A stretch of 64,000 nt of DNA from Longimicrobiales bacterium (GTDB lineage: Bacteria; Gemmatimonadota; Gemmatimonadetes; Longimicrobiales; Gaopeijiaceae): positions 64,001 through 128,000 of the forward strand of contig CBDANQ010000061.1 in NCBI GenBank assembly GCA_965197725.1, written 5' to 3'. How positions within the stretch are numbered: position 1 is the first letter of the stretch; each line of letters begins with the position of its first letter. A program made the position numbers and the translations under genes. The notes beneath the pieces were generated by a model. It searched no databases. It was given only the letters and a program-made list of their open reading frames with translations, and had not been told where the DNA came from. Shown piece by piece: positions 62,626 through 64,000 of the stretch.

Positions 62626-64000
62626 TCAGTCCCCTCGCGTCCTCTGCAGCCCCGTCTCGTACCCTTGCCAGATTCCCGGTCTCACCGCGACGTAGATCGT
62701 CTCGAGCGGTCGGTCCGCGGCGCGCATACCGAAGAGCGCGATGCCCATGTGCTCACCGATCGCCATGATCTGGCCACAGTCGAGACGGAGCTCGTTGCCC
62801 GACTTGTCGAACTGCCGTTCCTCGAAGGTGATCGCTTCGTCATTCCGGAACCACGCGGCATCGCCCGCGTAGGTACCGGCGAAGACAACACCGGGTCGCA
62901 GTGTCCGTATCGATATTCGGCTTGGGCCGACAAGCGTGTCGCCCTGGGCCGAAACACGGACCCGGACGTTGCTCGCGGTCGCCAGGCAGACGTCGGCCGG
63001 AGTACCCTCCGGCAGAGGCGGCGCAACCTCGCGAGTGAGGCGAACAGTGTCCGGCGGCGGCGCGGGCAGCATGATGGTGTCGGGCGCCGGCCGGAGCATG
63101 AGCGACGGCTTGTGCAGGAGCCGATCACCATTAGGGTTCAACGCCACTGACGCGAGAAGACCGAATCTCGGTCTCCGGAACTCGGAGAAGTATCCGCCAC
63201 CGGGCTCCCCGTAGTTGGCGGCGAGGTACTGGGCCCCGAGCCGAACGCCCCCGGCGTCCAACTCCGCGCCGATGTTGAGGTCGAAGCCGTTGTACTCGCC
63301 CATGAGCGTGAGTAGCGAGGAGTTTCCTAGACCGAAGTGTATCGCGGATCCGAAGAACCAGCCCTCGGAGTCGGCGAAGTTGTAGAAGCTGAGCTGATCG
63401 CCTTCCTGGAACATGCCAGTCCCGTATCCGAGCGAGAACGTAAGGTCGTGCTTCGGAAGCGAGCCCTGGTCGAAGCCGCGGATGTGGGCGCTCGCGACGC
63501 TGTAAAGGCTCAGCTCCGTATTGACATCGTCGAGGTCTGGGTACGACTCGCGGAAGCGGCGGTCGGCGATCCCAAGACGCGTCGGCTGATACGACACACC
63601 GTCAGCGAAGTCCGGTGCGGTCACATATCTGCCTCCGACCGCGAGGCCGATGCCCCGCCGCTGGGGCTGCAGGAGCTGCAAGCGACCGAAGAGACCCCAC
63701 TGGTCACCCCCAGCCGTCGCGGCATTGAAGGACTGCAGGGTCGCACCCAACTCAGCACGGTCAAAGATACCGACCGCCAGCGAGGCGTCGGAATAGAACT
63801 TGTCAACGGCCCCGCCATAGGCGATCGGATTCCCGCTCGCGTCGATCTCGAGCGAGCGACCCAGATCCATGAAGAAACCCGAATAGGTGCCGGTGATCGT
63901 CATGTGCGGCAGAACGCTCGCCACCGGGATATCCATGAGCCCGGATCCGTACCGAAGCGTGCTCGGCATCGTGGTGGTCTGGGCTGCGAGCGCCGGAGCC
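62626..64000 (-). CDS. Exported, probable outer-membrane beta-barrel protein (YjbH-like) with Pro-rich linker; 5' end outside window
   Basis: Frame open to the window edge (APALAAQ signal-peptide end); amphipathic strands, GSGLMDIPVA. Confidence 0.7.
   Translation of the reverse strand, partial: APALAAQTTTMPSTLRYGSGLMDIPVASVLPHMTITGTYSGFFMDLGRSLEIDASGNPIAYGGAVDKFYSDASLAVGIFDRAELGATLQSFNAATAGGDQWGLFGRLQLLQPQRRGIGLAVGGRYVTAPDFADGVSYQPTRLGIADRRFRESYPDLDDVNTELSLYSVASAHIRGFDQGSLPKHDLTFSLGYGTGMFQEGDQLSFYNFADSEGWFFGSAIHFGLGNSSLLTLMGEYNGFDLNIGAELDAGGVRLGAQYLAANYGEPGGGYFSEFRRPRFGLLASVALNPNGDRLLHKPSLMLRPAPDTIMLPAPPPDTVRLTREVAPPLPEGTPADVCLATASNVRVRVSAQGDTLVGPSRISIRTLRPGVVFAGTYAGDAAWFRNDEAITFEERQFDKSGNELRLDCGQIMAIGEHMGIALFGMRAADRPLETIYVAVRPGIWQGYETGLQRTRGD

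Noticed and set aside
1..64000. CRISPR array, rRNA or prophage structural genes
   Set aside because: No regularly spaced repeats, rRNA-like stretches or phage structural motifs seen

Overview
GC-rich bacterial chromosome segment; gene order and protein families suggest Gemmatimonadota (inference). Two mostly minus-strand housekeeping blocks (recA-alaS-...-rarA-hflX-pdxJ-ispE, and tRNA-Gln-prs-rplY-pth-hppA-rpsF/rpsR-rplI-smc-aroF-ffs-dnaX-recR-mglA-pgsA-cinA) are separated by a ~22.5 kb decaying genomic island (22373-44920). The island sits in tRNA-Gln(TTG) and, unusually, the duplicated att sequence is the 5' half of the tRNA. It carries a truncated tyrosine integrase, a complete IS21, a complete IS3 plus an IS3 remnant, a tRNA-Pro 3'-half remnant, several pseudogenes and exported proteins (DUF1592-DUF1552-ankyrin module, DUF305-LVIVD pair, amidohydrolase, acetamidase, NHL propeller, DinB). 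Main oddities outside the island: a single-chain ribosomal protein bS6-bS18 fusion; a plus-strand operon of arsenosugar/rSAM-selenodomain-associated genes with two gene fusions; a probable AUU start for hflX; an SRP RNA with a non-GNRA helix-8 loop; and mglA without an adjacent mglB. All family assignments come from motif recognition by eye, with no database searches.
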